Assembly (NCBI GenBank): GCA_963664115.2
Contig: CAXWPJ010000006.1
Coordinates: forward strand, 160,001-224,000
Direction of reading: 5' to 3'
DNA length: 64,000 bases
Origin: Terriglobia bacterium
GTDB taxonomy: Bacteria > Acidobacteriota > Terriglobia > 20CM-2-55-15
Shown in pieces: positions 19,015 through 28,139 of the stretch (within the stretch, counting starts at the first letter, position 1; every line of letters starts with the position of its first letter). The notes under the pieces are model-generated. The model worked only from the letters and a program-made list of their open reading frames with translations. It ran no database searches and was not told the DNA's origin. The translations under genes were made by a program, and so were the position numbers.

Positions 19015-20025
19015 TCAAGGGACTTGGGACGCTCTGAGGGATTTGAGGTGACGCCACCCGACCAACTCGCGTCGCTTCTCATCCCATAGGTGCAGGGAGA
19101 GCGCTCTCAAACTGGTCCATAGCGTAATCGGGGTGATGCTTCTAAATAGGGGGTTCTCGTCGTAGCACTTTTTCAGGAAATAGTTTGGAACCCGAGGCCC
19201 GAGGTGATGGATGTGGTGAAAACCGATGTTGCCAGTGAACCATCGGAGTACGCTCGGCAGTTTGTAGAACGAAGAGCCTTCCAGCGCTGCGGTCAGGTAA
19301 TCCCAGTTTCCATGCCGCTCCCAATAGACCCCTTCAAATTGATGTTGGATATAGAACATCCACACCCCGGCTGAAGAGCTGATCATGAGTATCGGCAACT
19401 GGATCAAGAGATATTCTTTAACGCCGATTACGGAGCTGATCAAAGCTGCAAGTCCGATTATTGCGACATTCGTTCGAATCACGCTTCGCCGTTGGCGCCT
19501 GACGGCGTTGCTGGGCGGAAGGCGGTATCCAATCAGGAAAAGAAGCACCGGTCCCACAGCGAAGAGGACTATGGGATTGCGATAGAAACGGTACCGCATC
19601 CGCTTCCAGATGGGCGCACGCAGATACTCATCCACCGTCCATGTCTTGATGTCCCCGACGCTGCGTCGGTCGAGATCACCGGATGTTGCGTGGTGGATTG
19701 AGTGTTCGTATGTCCAGGAGTGATATGGAGTGAACGTCAGCACACCAATGATGCTGCCCAGGAAATTGTTGGCCTTCTGAGATCTGAAAAACGAACCGTG
19801 CCCGCAATCGTGAAGAATTACAAAACTGCGAATTAGAAAGCCGGCGGTGAGGAAGGCCAGTCCCAGTGTGAGCAGGTAGGACACTTCCAGGCTCAGATAC
19901 ATCAGGTACCAAAGTGCGGCGAATGGAACGAGCGTGTTGGCCGTTTGCCACGCGCTTCTCCATAAAACTGGAGTCTCATAGGGATCCATGGCCTTCCGCC
20001 AGGTCAGTTTCTCGGCATCTCTCAT
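19015..20025 (-). CDS. Membrane fatty acid desaturase (Bacillus Des-like)
   Basis: Three His boxes (HDCGH, HSIHH, HHIHH) plus YIQHQFE; TM segments. Confidence 0.9.
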   Translation of the reverse strand: MRDAEKLTWRKAMDPYETPVLWRSAWQTANTLVPFAALWYLMYLSLEVSYLLTLGLAFLTAGFLIRSFVILHDCGHGSFFRSQKANNFLGSIIGVLTFTPYHSWTYEHSIHHATSGDLDRRSVGDIKTWTVDEYLRAPIWKRMRYRFYRNPIVLFAVGPVLLFLIGYRLPPSNAVRRQRRSVIRTNVAIIGLAALISSVIGVKEYLLIQLPILMISSSAGVWMFYIQHQFEGVYWERHGNWDYLTAALEGSSFYKLPSVLRWFTGNIGFHHIHHLGPRVPNYFLKKCYDENPLFRSITPITLWTSLRALSLHLWDEKRRELVGWRHLKSLRASQVP

Positions 20026-20463
20026 AGTTTAAATGCTCAACACGCTCGGATCAGTCATATGTCTTGGGCGTCATGGCTTACCTATGGACCCCGATGGCTT
20101 CGGGTCGTTTGACATCGACACCGACGATCCCGACCGAGCGCTCCACAGATCCCGGTAGCTGGCACGTCGCTGCGCCAGAATTCTAACAGACAGTCTCATG
20201 GCGCCGGATTTCATCGGTTCCGGGTTGGGATTGATACGGTTGATTTGGGATGTCCCGCAGTCAAGGCAGTCGCTTTCTTTTCCTTACGCTTTCCTATTCC
20301 TTGTCTCTTGTTTCCACCTACTTGGTGGATCGAGCGCTCCCTATGCTACACCATCAACATTCATAGATTCTAGGATTTAGATGTTGTTTGAAACTCTGGT
20401 CCCGTTCTTGCAGTGCCTTAGGCATTGGCAGGCGAACAGCTTCGATATTGCCAGGAGGTGACC

Positions 20464-21102
20464 ATGCCGTCTTCTGAGGATGAAGGGAATTTGGGGGCGT
20501 TATTTTCAGGCGGCACGGGAAAAGACCTGAATCAGGTGACAAACGAGTTCAGGGCAAAGCTGGACCGGGCAGAGAGCGAGCAGAGGCGAGCCGAGGGAAA
20601 ACTCACAGCCGCAACTGTTTCCTGGGAACGGGAACGGCGGCAACTGCGTGATCAAATTGATAGGTTTCGTCAGGCCTTGGCCCGCTCATCGGCCGATGTC
20701 AAAGAGACGGATGGGCTCGGGCGGCGTCTTGAAGAAACCATTCGTTACAGTCAGCAGCTTGAACTCAAATGTCAGGAGCAAGCAGTGGCAAAGGAGTCCG
20801 AGCAAAAAGACTTCCAATCCCGCATCGAAGATTTGGAGAACCAGATCGTAGAGTGGATAGCCCGCTCCCACAACACACACCGGAGGGTGCAGTCCGGGGA
20901 GTGAAGAATGGAAACCGAACTTGCATCCCGCAAGAGGGTTGTCGAGATCGAGTTCGAGAGAAAGCTGCTCTCCGAACAGGTCCGGTGGCAGAAGACCCAG
21001 CGTGTTCTGGAGGGCGAGATTGCAAGCCTCAGGAAAGAGTTGGCCGCCGCCTCCGTCGATAAGCCATCGGTGATCCGACGTTTTTTCAGTGCCCGCCGTT
21101 AG
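20464..21102 (+). pseudogene. Coiled-coil protein interrupted by one in-frame TGA (20902-20904), or two tightly coupled ORFs
   Basis: AGGAGG RBS before ATG 20464; the E/R/Q/L-rich helical sequence continues in the same frame after the TGA to 21102. Confidence 0.55.
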
Positions 21103-21193
21103 ACAGAATCCCCGCGCTCCAAGCCAAAAGATCGCTATAATAGCAGCCCTGCTAAGGTCGCAGCAGACGGTGTAGGAGCACTTTCCCTAAACA

Positions 21194-22204
21194 GTGAGGA
21201 CGCGAGTGGAAGAATCTGTACTGGAAATCAAGGAAGAGCAAATAGCGGAGTTTCAGGCCGAATTTCAAAAGGTCAAGTCAGAGATCTCCAAAGTGATTGT
21301 CGGCTACGAGGAGATCATTGAGGGAGTGTTGATTACGATCCTCGCTCGCGGCCATGCCATATTGGAAGGTGTCCCCGGGGTCGGAAAGACGTGTCTGGTA
21401 CTGACTCTGTGTGATGTCCTTCACCTGTCGTCTTCACGAATCCAGTTCACTCCTGACCTCATGCCTGCCGACATCGTCGGTACAAATGTCGTTCAGGAGA
21501 GTGACAGTGGTGAGAAGTTCCTCAAATTTCAGGCGGGACCAGTATTCGCTAACGTAGTATTGGCCGACGAGATCAACCGCGCCACTCCCAAGACACAATC
21601 GGCTCTGTTGGAAGCCATGCAGGAGAAGACCGTGACGGTGGGCAATCAGACCTATTCCCTGGATCTGCCGTTCGTCGTACTCGCAACACTGAACCCCTTG
21701 GAGTTGGAGGCAACCTATCCTTTGCCTGAAGCCCAGGTAGACCGGTTCTTCATGAAGTTGAAAATGGGATTTCCGGACATGGATAGTATTCACGAAATTC
21801 TGGACCGTACGACGCAGGCGGAAGCTCCTGTAGTAGAACGGATCTGGGATGGACCGAAGATCATCGAGATGCGGGAAATTGCTCTTGAGGTGCCAATTCC
21901 CGATTCGGTGCAGGATTATGCGATACGGGTCGTCATGGCCACCCAACCCTCCACCGAATACGCTCACAAACTGACCAAGCAATACCTGCGTTATGGCGCG
22001 AGTCCCAGAGGTTCACAGGCTTTGGTGGTCGGGGGAAAGATACGCGCCTTGTTGGCCGGACGGAAAGAGGTGATGGTCGAGGACGTTCGCGCCGTCATAC
22101 TTCCTGCCCTGCGGCACCGGATTATCCTGAACTTTGAAGGCGAGGCCGAGAGGATCGATCCTGATACGGTGCTCCAGGCGATCATCGACAGCGTTCCTGT
22201 CTAG
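21194..22204 (+). CDS. MoxR-family AAA+ ATPase
   Basis: EGVPGVGKT, RIQFTPDLMPADI, LADEINRATPKTQSALLEAMQE, YPLPEAQVDRF and GASPR. Confidence 0.93.
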   Translation: MRTRVEESVLEIKEEQIAEFQAEFQKVKSEISKVIVGYEEIIEGVLITILARGHAILEGVPGVGKTCLVLTLCDVLHLSSSRIQFTPDLMPADIVGTNVVQESDSGEKFLKFQAGPVFANVVLADEINRATPKTQSALLEAMQEKTVTVGNQTYSLDLPFVVLATLNPLELEATYPLPEAQVDRFFMKLKMGFPDMDSIHEILDRTTQAEAPVVERIWDGPKIIEMREIALEVPIPDSVQDYAIRVVMATQPSTEYAHKLTKQYLRYGASPRGSQALVVGGKIRALLAGRKEVMVEDVRAVILPALRHRIILNFEGEAERIDPDTVLQAIIDSVPV

Positions 22205-22238
22205 CTGTTTCCGGTCTCCCACACAATCTGTGACCTAG

Positions 22239-23706
22239 TACTACTGTGTTACAAACGAAGCGGCCCACAGAGCGGACAGCACGGGAGTTGCTGGATGAGG
22301 AATCGTGCGATGCGAATGCGAAGTGAGGCGATCGAGCACGGATTATGTCGCTCGGGCCGGATCCGGGGCTCCGCGGGGTTTGAAGTGTCTGGGGAGTTGG
22401 GGGACGGATAGTCCAACATGCGTGACAAATGCAGAGGGGGAAAAACGGTTCCGCTCAGCGACCAGGAACCCATAAGCTGCGATGCATAAAGCGCCATGGT
22501 GGTGAAATCCACGCCAGCCGCGACCTTCGTAATGGCCCAGTCCGAGTTCCTGCTTGAGTTCCTGATAGTCGCGTTCGATGATCCAGCGATGCTTGGCCCG
22601 ATAGACCAGATTTGAAAGAGAGGTATTGGTCCCGAGACTGGAGAGCCAGTATTGAACCGGTTCGGATTCGGTCTTGGGCCATTCGATCAACAACCATTCT
22701 TCCGGATGGGGCTCGTGGCGCTCATGATCGCGATGAGCCGTGCGAATCCGGATTGCGGCGAAGCGGGAGCGCAACGTGTCGGCCGTGCCTTCGCGCCAGG
22801 ACACGTTCTTCCATTTTTGTCGAGGCAAGGAGAGAGCCAGTTGTTTGACCGAAACAGGACGATGCTTCTTGTGACGCCTCAACAGCGTCGGCGGGCGCCC
22901 CTGGCCGGTCCACGACTTCTTGGGCAGGGGTTGCCGACCGGGCTCCCAGACCGAGGTCGAGGATTGGATGCCAACCACATAAGGCAGCCCCAGTGCGGTA
23001 ATCGTCGCGCGAAACTTACTGTCGTTGCCGTAGGCGGCATCGGCCAACACGGGAGCCGTCCCCACACCGTCCGCAATCGCCTGTCGGATTTGGTCCAGAG
23101 CAATCGCGATTTTGGTCTGGAATCCAACCGCGTCGGGGACACCGGTCTTCTTGCGGCGTTCGGCATCGTTCGCCCAAAGCTTCGGCAGGTACAGCCGCCA
23201 TGCCACGGGCAGACTCGATTTCGCCGTCGCTACCGACAGACTGACCGCCACCCGGCAGTTCTCCTGCTTGCCGACCTGTCCACAGTATTGCCGGGCCACA
23301 CCTACCGAGTGGGTCCCCTTCTTCACGAATCCGGTGTCGTCGACAATCCACGATTCAATCGGACCGTGCGCTTCCATCCCCGGCAACGTCGACTCCCGGA
23401 CTTGTCGCAATATGGCCGCATCCTCCCAGGGGGCATCCGCCACCAGGTGATGCAACGACTGATGCATTCGGCGCACATTATCCGGAGCCAATCGCGCCGC
23501 CATCGGCTCCACGCTCTTGCGCTTGATTGGCAGCAGCAATCCCTTGCAGTACCACTTCAGCGGTTCATGACGGTCGGCGTGTCCGGCGGCCGACGCCAGG
23601 CGTTCCATATAGGCCGCAAAACGTTCTTCCTGAGTGCCTGGCGCCTTCGTTTTGGCGCTCATGTGCCAATGCTAACACAAGCTCGTCATTTTGTAACACA
23701 GTAGTA
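22239..23706 (-). mobile_element. IS701-family insertion sequence, copy 2 (direct repeat of copy 1, offset 4740 bp)
   Basis: Same IRs as copy 1; CTAG flanks at 22235-22238 and 23707-23710; differs from copy 1 at only about six positions seen by eye. Confidence 0.93.
22343..23662 (-). CDS. IS701-family DDE transposase
   Basis: Same protein as 17603-18922 except NVRQM to NVRRM. Confidence 0.93.
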   Translation of the reverse strand: MSAKTKAPGTQEERFAAYMERLASAAGHADRHEPLKWYCKGLLLPIKRKSVEPMAARLAPDNVRRMHQSLHHLVADAPWEDAAILRQVRESTLPGMEAHGPIESWIVDDTGFVKKGTHSVGVARQYCGQVGKQENCRVAVSLSVATAKSSLPVAWRLYLPKLWANDAERRKKTGVPDAVGFQTKIAIALDQIRQAIADGVGTAPVLADAAYGNDSKFRATITALGLPYVVGIQSSTSVWEPGRQPLPKKSWTGQGRPPTLLRRHKKHRPVSVKQLALSLPRQKWKNVSWREGTADTLRSRFAAIRIRTAHRDHERHEPHPEEWLLIEWPKTESEPVQYWLSSLGTNTSLSNLVYRAKHRWIIERDYQELKQELGLGHYEGRGWRGFHHHGALCIAAYGFLVAERNRFSPSAFVTHVGLSVPQLPRHFKPRGAPDPARAT

Positions 23707-23709
23707 CTA

Positions 23710-24014
23710 GCAGCCCGTGGCTAAAGTCGGCCGAGCGATCATCGTGCTCGGTTAGATAATTTTCTTACACTGACGCCTCGGCTCCGCCTCTTTACTATGA
23801 AAGCTGTCCACCCGCACCGGGGGGCCGGTGCGGGTCCTCCAGTGCCTGCTTCAAAATGTCGTTCAGCCCTTTAGGCCTCGCAGTCAGGACGATTGCGAGG
23901 GTCGGCGGTCGTTCAGACAGGATGTCTGAATGAACGATCGAGCGAAATCTTCTCCCAGCAGCGAACCGTTCGCATCACCTAGCACAGCCGGATTCGACTT
24001 TGACCTCCGACTCC
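23710..24014 (-). mobile_element. MITE-like element (~300 bp) carrying copy A of the structured repeat
   Basis: Left end ctagcagcccgtggctaaagtcg resembles the 17.2-kb MITE end. The right end read inward, ctaggagtcggaggtcaaagtcg, matches it at 17 of 23 positions. The right CTAG contains the argR stop codon. Confidence 0.6.
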
Positions 24015-24457
24015 TAGGACCGCAGATCTTCAGTTCGCTTCAGGGTTTCTTTGAGATCACCGGCTGAGCGGCAGAGGACGAAGATGGTGTCGTCCCCCGC
24101 AATCGTGCCGACGATTTCCCTCCAGCCTGCGTTGTCCACAGCGTCGGCAACGGTGGAGGCGCTGCCGGTCGTGGTCCTGATCACGAGCAGCGGCGCTACG
24201 CTGTCGATTGCGACCACATAATCTCTTAAGACGCGACGCAGGGTTTGCTTTGAAGTGCGGCGGGCCTCGGGCCGCCCCACGACATAAGCGCTGCCCGCCT
24301 TGACCAGCCCGAGTTCCTTAATATCCCGTGACAAAGTGGCCTGGGAGACCTCGATGCCGTTTCGGTGCAGCGCGTTGGCCAGAACGTGTTGGCTTCCGAT
24401 GCGATTTTCCCGAACCAGTTCTAAAATAGAGTTTTGGCGGTCTCGTTTGCTCCTCAT
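24014..24457 (-). CDS. argR: Arginine repressor
   Basis: VSQATLSRDIKELGLVK and IVGTIAGDDTIFV. Confidence 0.95.
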   Translation of the reverse strand: MRSKRDRQNSILELVRENRIGSQHVLANALHRNGIEVSQATLSRDIKELGLVKAGSAYVVGRPEARRTSKQTLRRVLRDYVVAIDSVAPLLVIRTTTGSASTVADAVDNAGWREIVGTIAGDDTIFVLCRSAGDLKETLKRTEDLRS

Positions 24458-24485
24458 CGTTGCGACAAATTATATAGCAAAAGGC

Positions 24486-24544
24486 TTGACTTCATAGAAG
24501 TCCAAAGTGCATAATTATTCATTCGTATAGGATGAATATTCATT
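24486..24544 (+). promoter_or_regulatory. Sigma70-type promoter overlapped by tandem ARG boxes
   Basis: TTGACT (24486-24491), 18 bp, CATAAT (24510-24515). The 18-mers AGTGCATAATTATTCATT (24506-24523) and ATAGGATGAATATTCATT (24527-24544) are 3 bp apart and resemble WNTGAATWWWWATTCANW; they lie between divergent argR and argB. Confidence 0.8.
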
Positions 24545-24564
24545 TTGGTGTGTGAAGCAGGACT

Positions 24565-25485
24565 ATGAAGAGATCTCCGACAACTGCAGCGTGGCCCGTT
24601 CTGGATAAATATCGCGATACGTGTTTCGTAGTGAAGCTCGGCGGCCAGCCGCTGACCGACCCGGAGGCACTCAACAGTCTCGCCTTCGATCTATCCATTC
24701 TCCGTCAGGCTGGGGTCCGTGTCGTCGTCGTTCATGGCGGCGGTCCGCAGTTGTCGGAGATGTCTGAGCGGCTTGGCCTGGAAACTAAGAAAATCGACGG
24801 TCGCCGGATTACGGATAACAACACCCTGAAGCTGGCGAAAATGGTTTTTGCCGGCGAGATCTCGACGGATATCGTAGCCGCTCTCCGCCGCCACGGAGTG
24901 TCCGGTATCGGGTTGAGTGGTGTTGATGGTGAGTTGGTCGACGCCGAGCGTCGGGCTCCGGTTTGGCGGACTAATCCGGAAACAGGCGAGGAAGAATTGA
25001 TCGACTTCGATCATGTGGGTGATATCCGTCAGGTGAACCCGTTCGTATTGAACGTATTGCTCGACCAGGGTTTTGTCCCTGTCGTTGCTTCTCTTGGATC
25101 GGATAAAGCCGGTTCCGTCCTCAACATCAATGCCGATACCGTTGCCGCTGAAATTGCGATAGCCATCGGGGCAGAGAAACTGGTTGTGATGTCTGATGTT
25201 CCCGGATTGTTACGCGACGTCGGCGATCGCAATAGCCGGATTCCAGATATTACAGTCGATGCTGTCCGAGAACTCAAACAGACCGGCAGCGTTTCGGGTG
25301 GGATGCTCCCGAAGCTTGAGAGCATCATCCGCACTATCGAATCCGGTACGGAGCAGATCCACATCCTGGATGGGCATACGCCGCACGCCCTTCTGGAGGA
25401 ACTCAGCGGACCCGGTACCCACGGTACTTTCATTTCCTCAGCCAGGCACGCCGGGGGTGTCTCGATCGGGCACGAGCCGGCCTGA
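24565..25485 (+). CDS. argB: Acetyl(acyl)glutamate kinase
   Basis: VVKLGG, VVVHGGGPQ, GRRITD, NINADTVA and GGMLPKL. Confidence 0.93.
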   Translation: MKRSPTTAAWPVLDKYRDTCFVVKLGGQPLTDPEALNSLAFDLSILRQAGVRVVVVHGGGPQLSEMSERLGLETKKIDGRRITDNNTLKLAKMVFAGEISTDIVAALRRHGVSGIGLSGVDGELVDAERRAPVWRTNPETGEEELIDFDHVGDIRQVNPFVLNVLLDQGFVPVVASLGSDKAGSVLNINADTVAAEIAIAIGAEKLVVMSDVPGLLRDVGDRNSRIPDITVDAVRELKQTGSVSGGMLPKLESIIRTIESGTEQIHILDGHTPHALLEELSGPGTHGTFISSARHAGGVSIGHEPA

Positions 25486-26912
25486 TGCGCGCCGCTCGGT
25501 TTGCGGCGCCTATGAATCCTCACTTTCGCGCCCTCAACGCCAGTATTGGTTTCGATAAACGTTTGCTCCACGAGGACATCGACGGGAGCCGTGCGTGGGT
25601 TCGTGCGCTCTCCGGTTCCGGGCTTCTCTCCGATGAGGAGGCACAAAAAATCGATGAAGGCCTGGAAGGAGTGCGGAAGGGGATTGAGTCAGGCGAACTT
25701 CCCTTGTCGGAAGAACTCGAAGACATTCACATGAATGTGGAGGCCTTGCTTGCCGATGCGGTGGGTCCTGTGGCTGGCAAACTTCACACGGGCCGCAGTC
25801 GCAACGAGCAGGTAGCGACGGATTTGAGGCTCTACCTGCGTGATCGCTCTCGGCGGATCGCAGCCGATCTGTTGTCCCTCGTTACCACGCTCGCTGAGAC
25901 GGCCGAGCGGAACTACGACGTAGTCATACCGGCCTATACACATTTGCAGCGGGCGCAGCCGGTCCTGTTCGCTCACCATTTCCTTGCGTACGCGGAAATG
26001 TTTCTCAGAGATCACGAGCGGCTGCTCTGGGCAGCGAATCAAGCCGATGCCTGTGTGCTTGGAGCGGGTGCCTGCGTCGGCAATCAGTTTGGCATCGACC
26101 GGGAATACTTACGTGAAAACCTCGGTTTTTCACGTCTCACGCATAACTCTCTCGACGCTGTAAGCGACCGGGATTTTGTATGTGACTTTCTGCACGCGGC
26201 GGTCATGTTTCTGGTCCATGTGTCCCGCTTGAGCGAGGACATCATCCTCTGGTCGTCCAGCGAATTCGGGTTCGTCGAACTGGATGAATCCGTGTCTTCG
26301 GGCAGTTCGATGCTTCCGCAAAAGAAGAATCCGGATGCGTGTGAGCTGGGGCGCGCGAAGTGCGGGCGTGTGCTTGGACATCTGGTGGCTTCGGTTTCGA
26401 TGTTGAAAGGTCTGCCGTTGTCCTACAACAAGGATCTCCAGGAGGACAAGGAAGGTACGTTCGACGCGGTGGATACCATAGCGGCGCTGATACCGGTCTT
26501 CGAGGTCGTCGTGGGCAAGTTAAGCGTCAATCGCGAACGGGCGGGGTCCGCCCTTCGAGGAGGATATCTGGAGGCCATTTCGGTTGCCGACTACTTCACA
26601 CGCAAGGGAATGCCTTTTCGTGAAGCGCACTCGGTTGCGGGCAAACTTGTCCGCCTGGCCGAAGAGCGTGTCGTGTCGTTATCGGAGCTGTCGATCGAGG
26701 ACTATCGGGAGCTTGCCGGTGACATGGCCGACAGCGTAGACGAAGACCTGTTCGAAGCCATCACGCTGGAGGCTGCTTTGGAGAGCAAGGACGTCGTCGG
26801 TGGTACCGCGCCCAGACGTGTGGCCGAGGAAATTGATCGCGTTAAGAAGCTTGTCGAACAGCTTCGGAAACATCAGATCCCGGGTAATCGCGAGGTGACT
26901 CTTGGCGGATAA
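25485..26912 (+). CDS. argH: Argininosuccinate lyase
   Basis: EDIHMNVE, LHTGRSRNEQ, YTHLQRAQP, GSSMLPQKKNPD and YNKDLQEDKE. Confidence 0.95.
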   Translation: MRAARFAAPMNPHFRALNASIGFDKRLLHEDIDGSRAWVRALSGSGLLSDEEAQKIDEGLEGVRKGIESGELPLSEELEDIHMNVEALLADAVGPVAGKLHTGRSRNEQVATDLRLYLRDRSRRIAADLLSLVTTLAETAERNYDVVIPAYTHLQRAQPVLFAHHFLAYAEMFLRDHERLLWAANQADACVLGAGACVGNQFGIDREYLRENLGFSRLTHNSLDAVSDRDFVCDFLHAAVMFLVHVSRLSEDIILWSSSEFGFVELDESVSSGSSMLPQKKNPDACELGRAKCGRVLGHLVASVSMLKGLPLSYNKDLQEDKEGTFDAVDTIAALIPVFEVVVGKLSVNRERAGSALRGGYLEAISVADYFTRKGMPFREAHSVAGKLVRLAEERVVSLSELSIEDYRELAGDMADSVDEDLFEAITLEAALESKDVVGGTAPRRVAEEIDRVKKLVEQLRKHQIPGNREVTLGG

Positions 26913-28110
26913 GAAGAAAGTCGTCCTGGCGTATTCAGGAGGGTTGGATACTTCGTATTGTGTCCTGCATCTCCAGGAACAGGGATTCGAGGTGATTACG
27001 CTCACCGTCGATACCGGTGGTTTTTCCGCGTCCGAGCTCAGTGAAATGGAGGCGCGAGCCAAGCAGCTCGGGGCGGCGGAACATCACACTGTCGATGCGC
27101 GGGCACAGGTGTTCGACGAGTACGTCAGCTACCAGATCAAAGGAAATATTCTGCGGGGACAGGTATACCCCCTGGCGGTTGCGGCCGAGCGTGTCGTGCA
27201 GGCGTCGGTGGTAGCCGACTATGCCATCCGCGTGGGCGCCGCCGCCGTTGCCCACGGGTCCACAGGCGCTGGTAACGATCAGGTTCGTTTCGACGTCGTC
27301 TTCCAGGTGCTTTGTCCGGCACTGGAAATCATTTCGCCGGTCCGTGACGAAACGCTGACCCGGGAGGAAGAGTATTCGAAACTGGCCGAACGAGGAGTCA
27401 AGATTCCTGATTCGACACGGAAGTATTCGATCAACACAGGCCTTTGGGGTGGGACGATCGGGGGCGGGGAAACACACGACTCTTGGGCAGAGATTCCGGA
27501 CCATGTATACGATCTGGTTCTCGACAGTGAGCAGGAGATTGAATCCGAGCACCTTACGATTGAATTTGAAAAAGGTATTCCAACAAAAATCGACGACACC
27601 GCATATGCCGGTCCGGAACTGATTTCTGTGCTTGGGAACAAGTGCCGCGGCCATCGTGTGGGTCTGGATGTTCATATCGGTGACACGGTCCTGGGGATCA
27701 AGGGACGTATCGCATTTGAGGCCGGCGCCGCTATCGTGCTGATTAAAGCGCACAGGGAACTGGAGAAGATCACAACCACGTCGTGGCAGCGTTTCTGGAA
27801 AGACCAGATGGCAGAGTTCTACGGAAAGCTGTTGCACGAGGGCCTGGCCTTTGAGCCGGCCCTGCGGGATATCGAAGCGCTGATCGACAGCTCCCAGGAG
27901 CGTGTGTCCGGTGAGGCGCGCGTCCGGCTGGACCGCGGCCATTTCACTGTAACCGGTGTCCGCAGCCCGCACAGCATGATGGACTCCGGCAGCGGGGTGT
28001 ACGGTGAAATGCCGAAGCTCTGGGACGGTTCCGACACGCGTGGGTACGGCAAAATTGTTGCGGTGCCGGCTCGACTTCATCGAAGCGCCGCCGGTAAAGG
28101 ATCCGAGTAG
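26902..28110 (+). CDS. argG: Argininosuccinate synthase
   Basis: VLAYSGGLDTS, AHGSTGAGNDQVRF and GDTVLGIKGRIAFEA. Confidence 0.95.
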   Translation: MADKKKVVLAYSGGLDTSYCVLHLQEQGFEVITLTVDTGGFSASELSEMEARAKQLGAAEHHTVDARAQVFDEYVSYQIKGNILRGQVYPLAVAAERVVQASVVADYAIRVGAAAVAHGSTGAGNDQVRFDVVFQVLCPALEIISPVRDETLTREEEYSKLAERGVKIPDSTRKYSINTGLWGGTIGGGETHDSWAEIPDHVYDLVLDSEQEIESEHLTIEFEKGIPTKIDDTAYAGPELISVLGNKCRGHRVGLDVHIGDTVLGIKGRIAFEAGAAIVLIKAHRELEKITTTSWQRFWKDQMAEFYGKLLHEGLAFEPALRDIEALIDSSQERVSGEARVRLDRGHFTVTGVRSPHSMMDSGSGVYGEMPKLWDGSDTRGYGKIVAVPARLHRSAAGKGSE

Positions 28111-28139
28111 TTTTTTGTAATTCGATACAGTAGAGAAAG

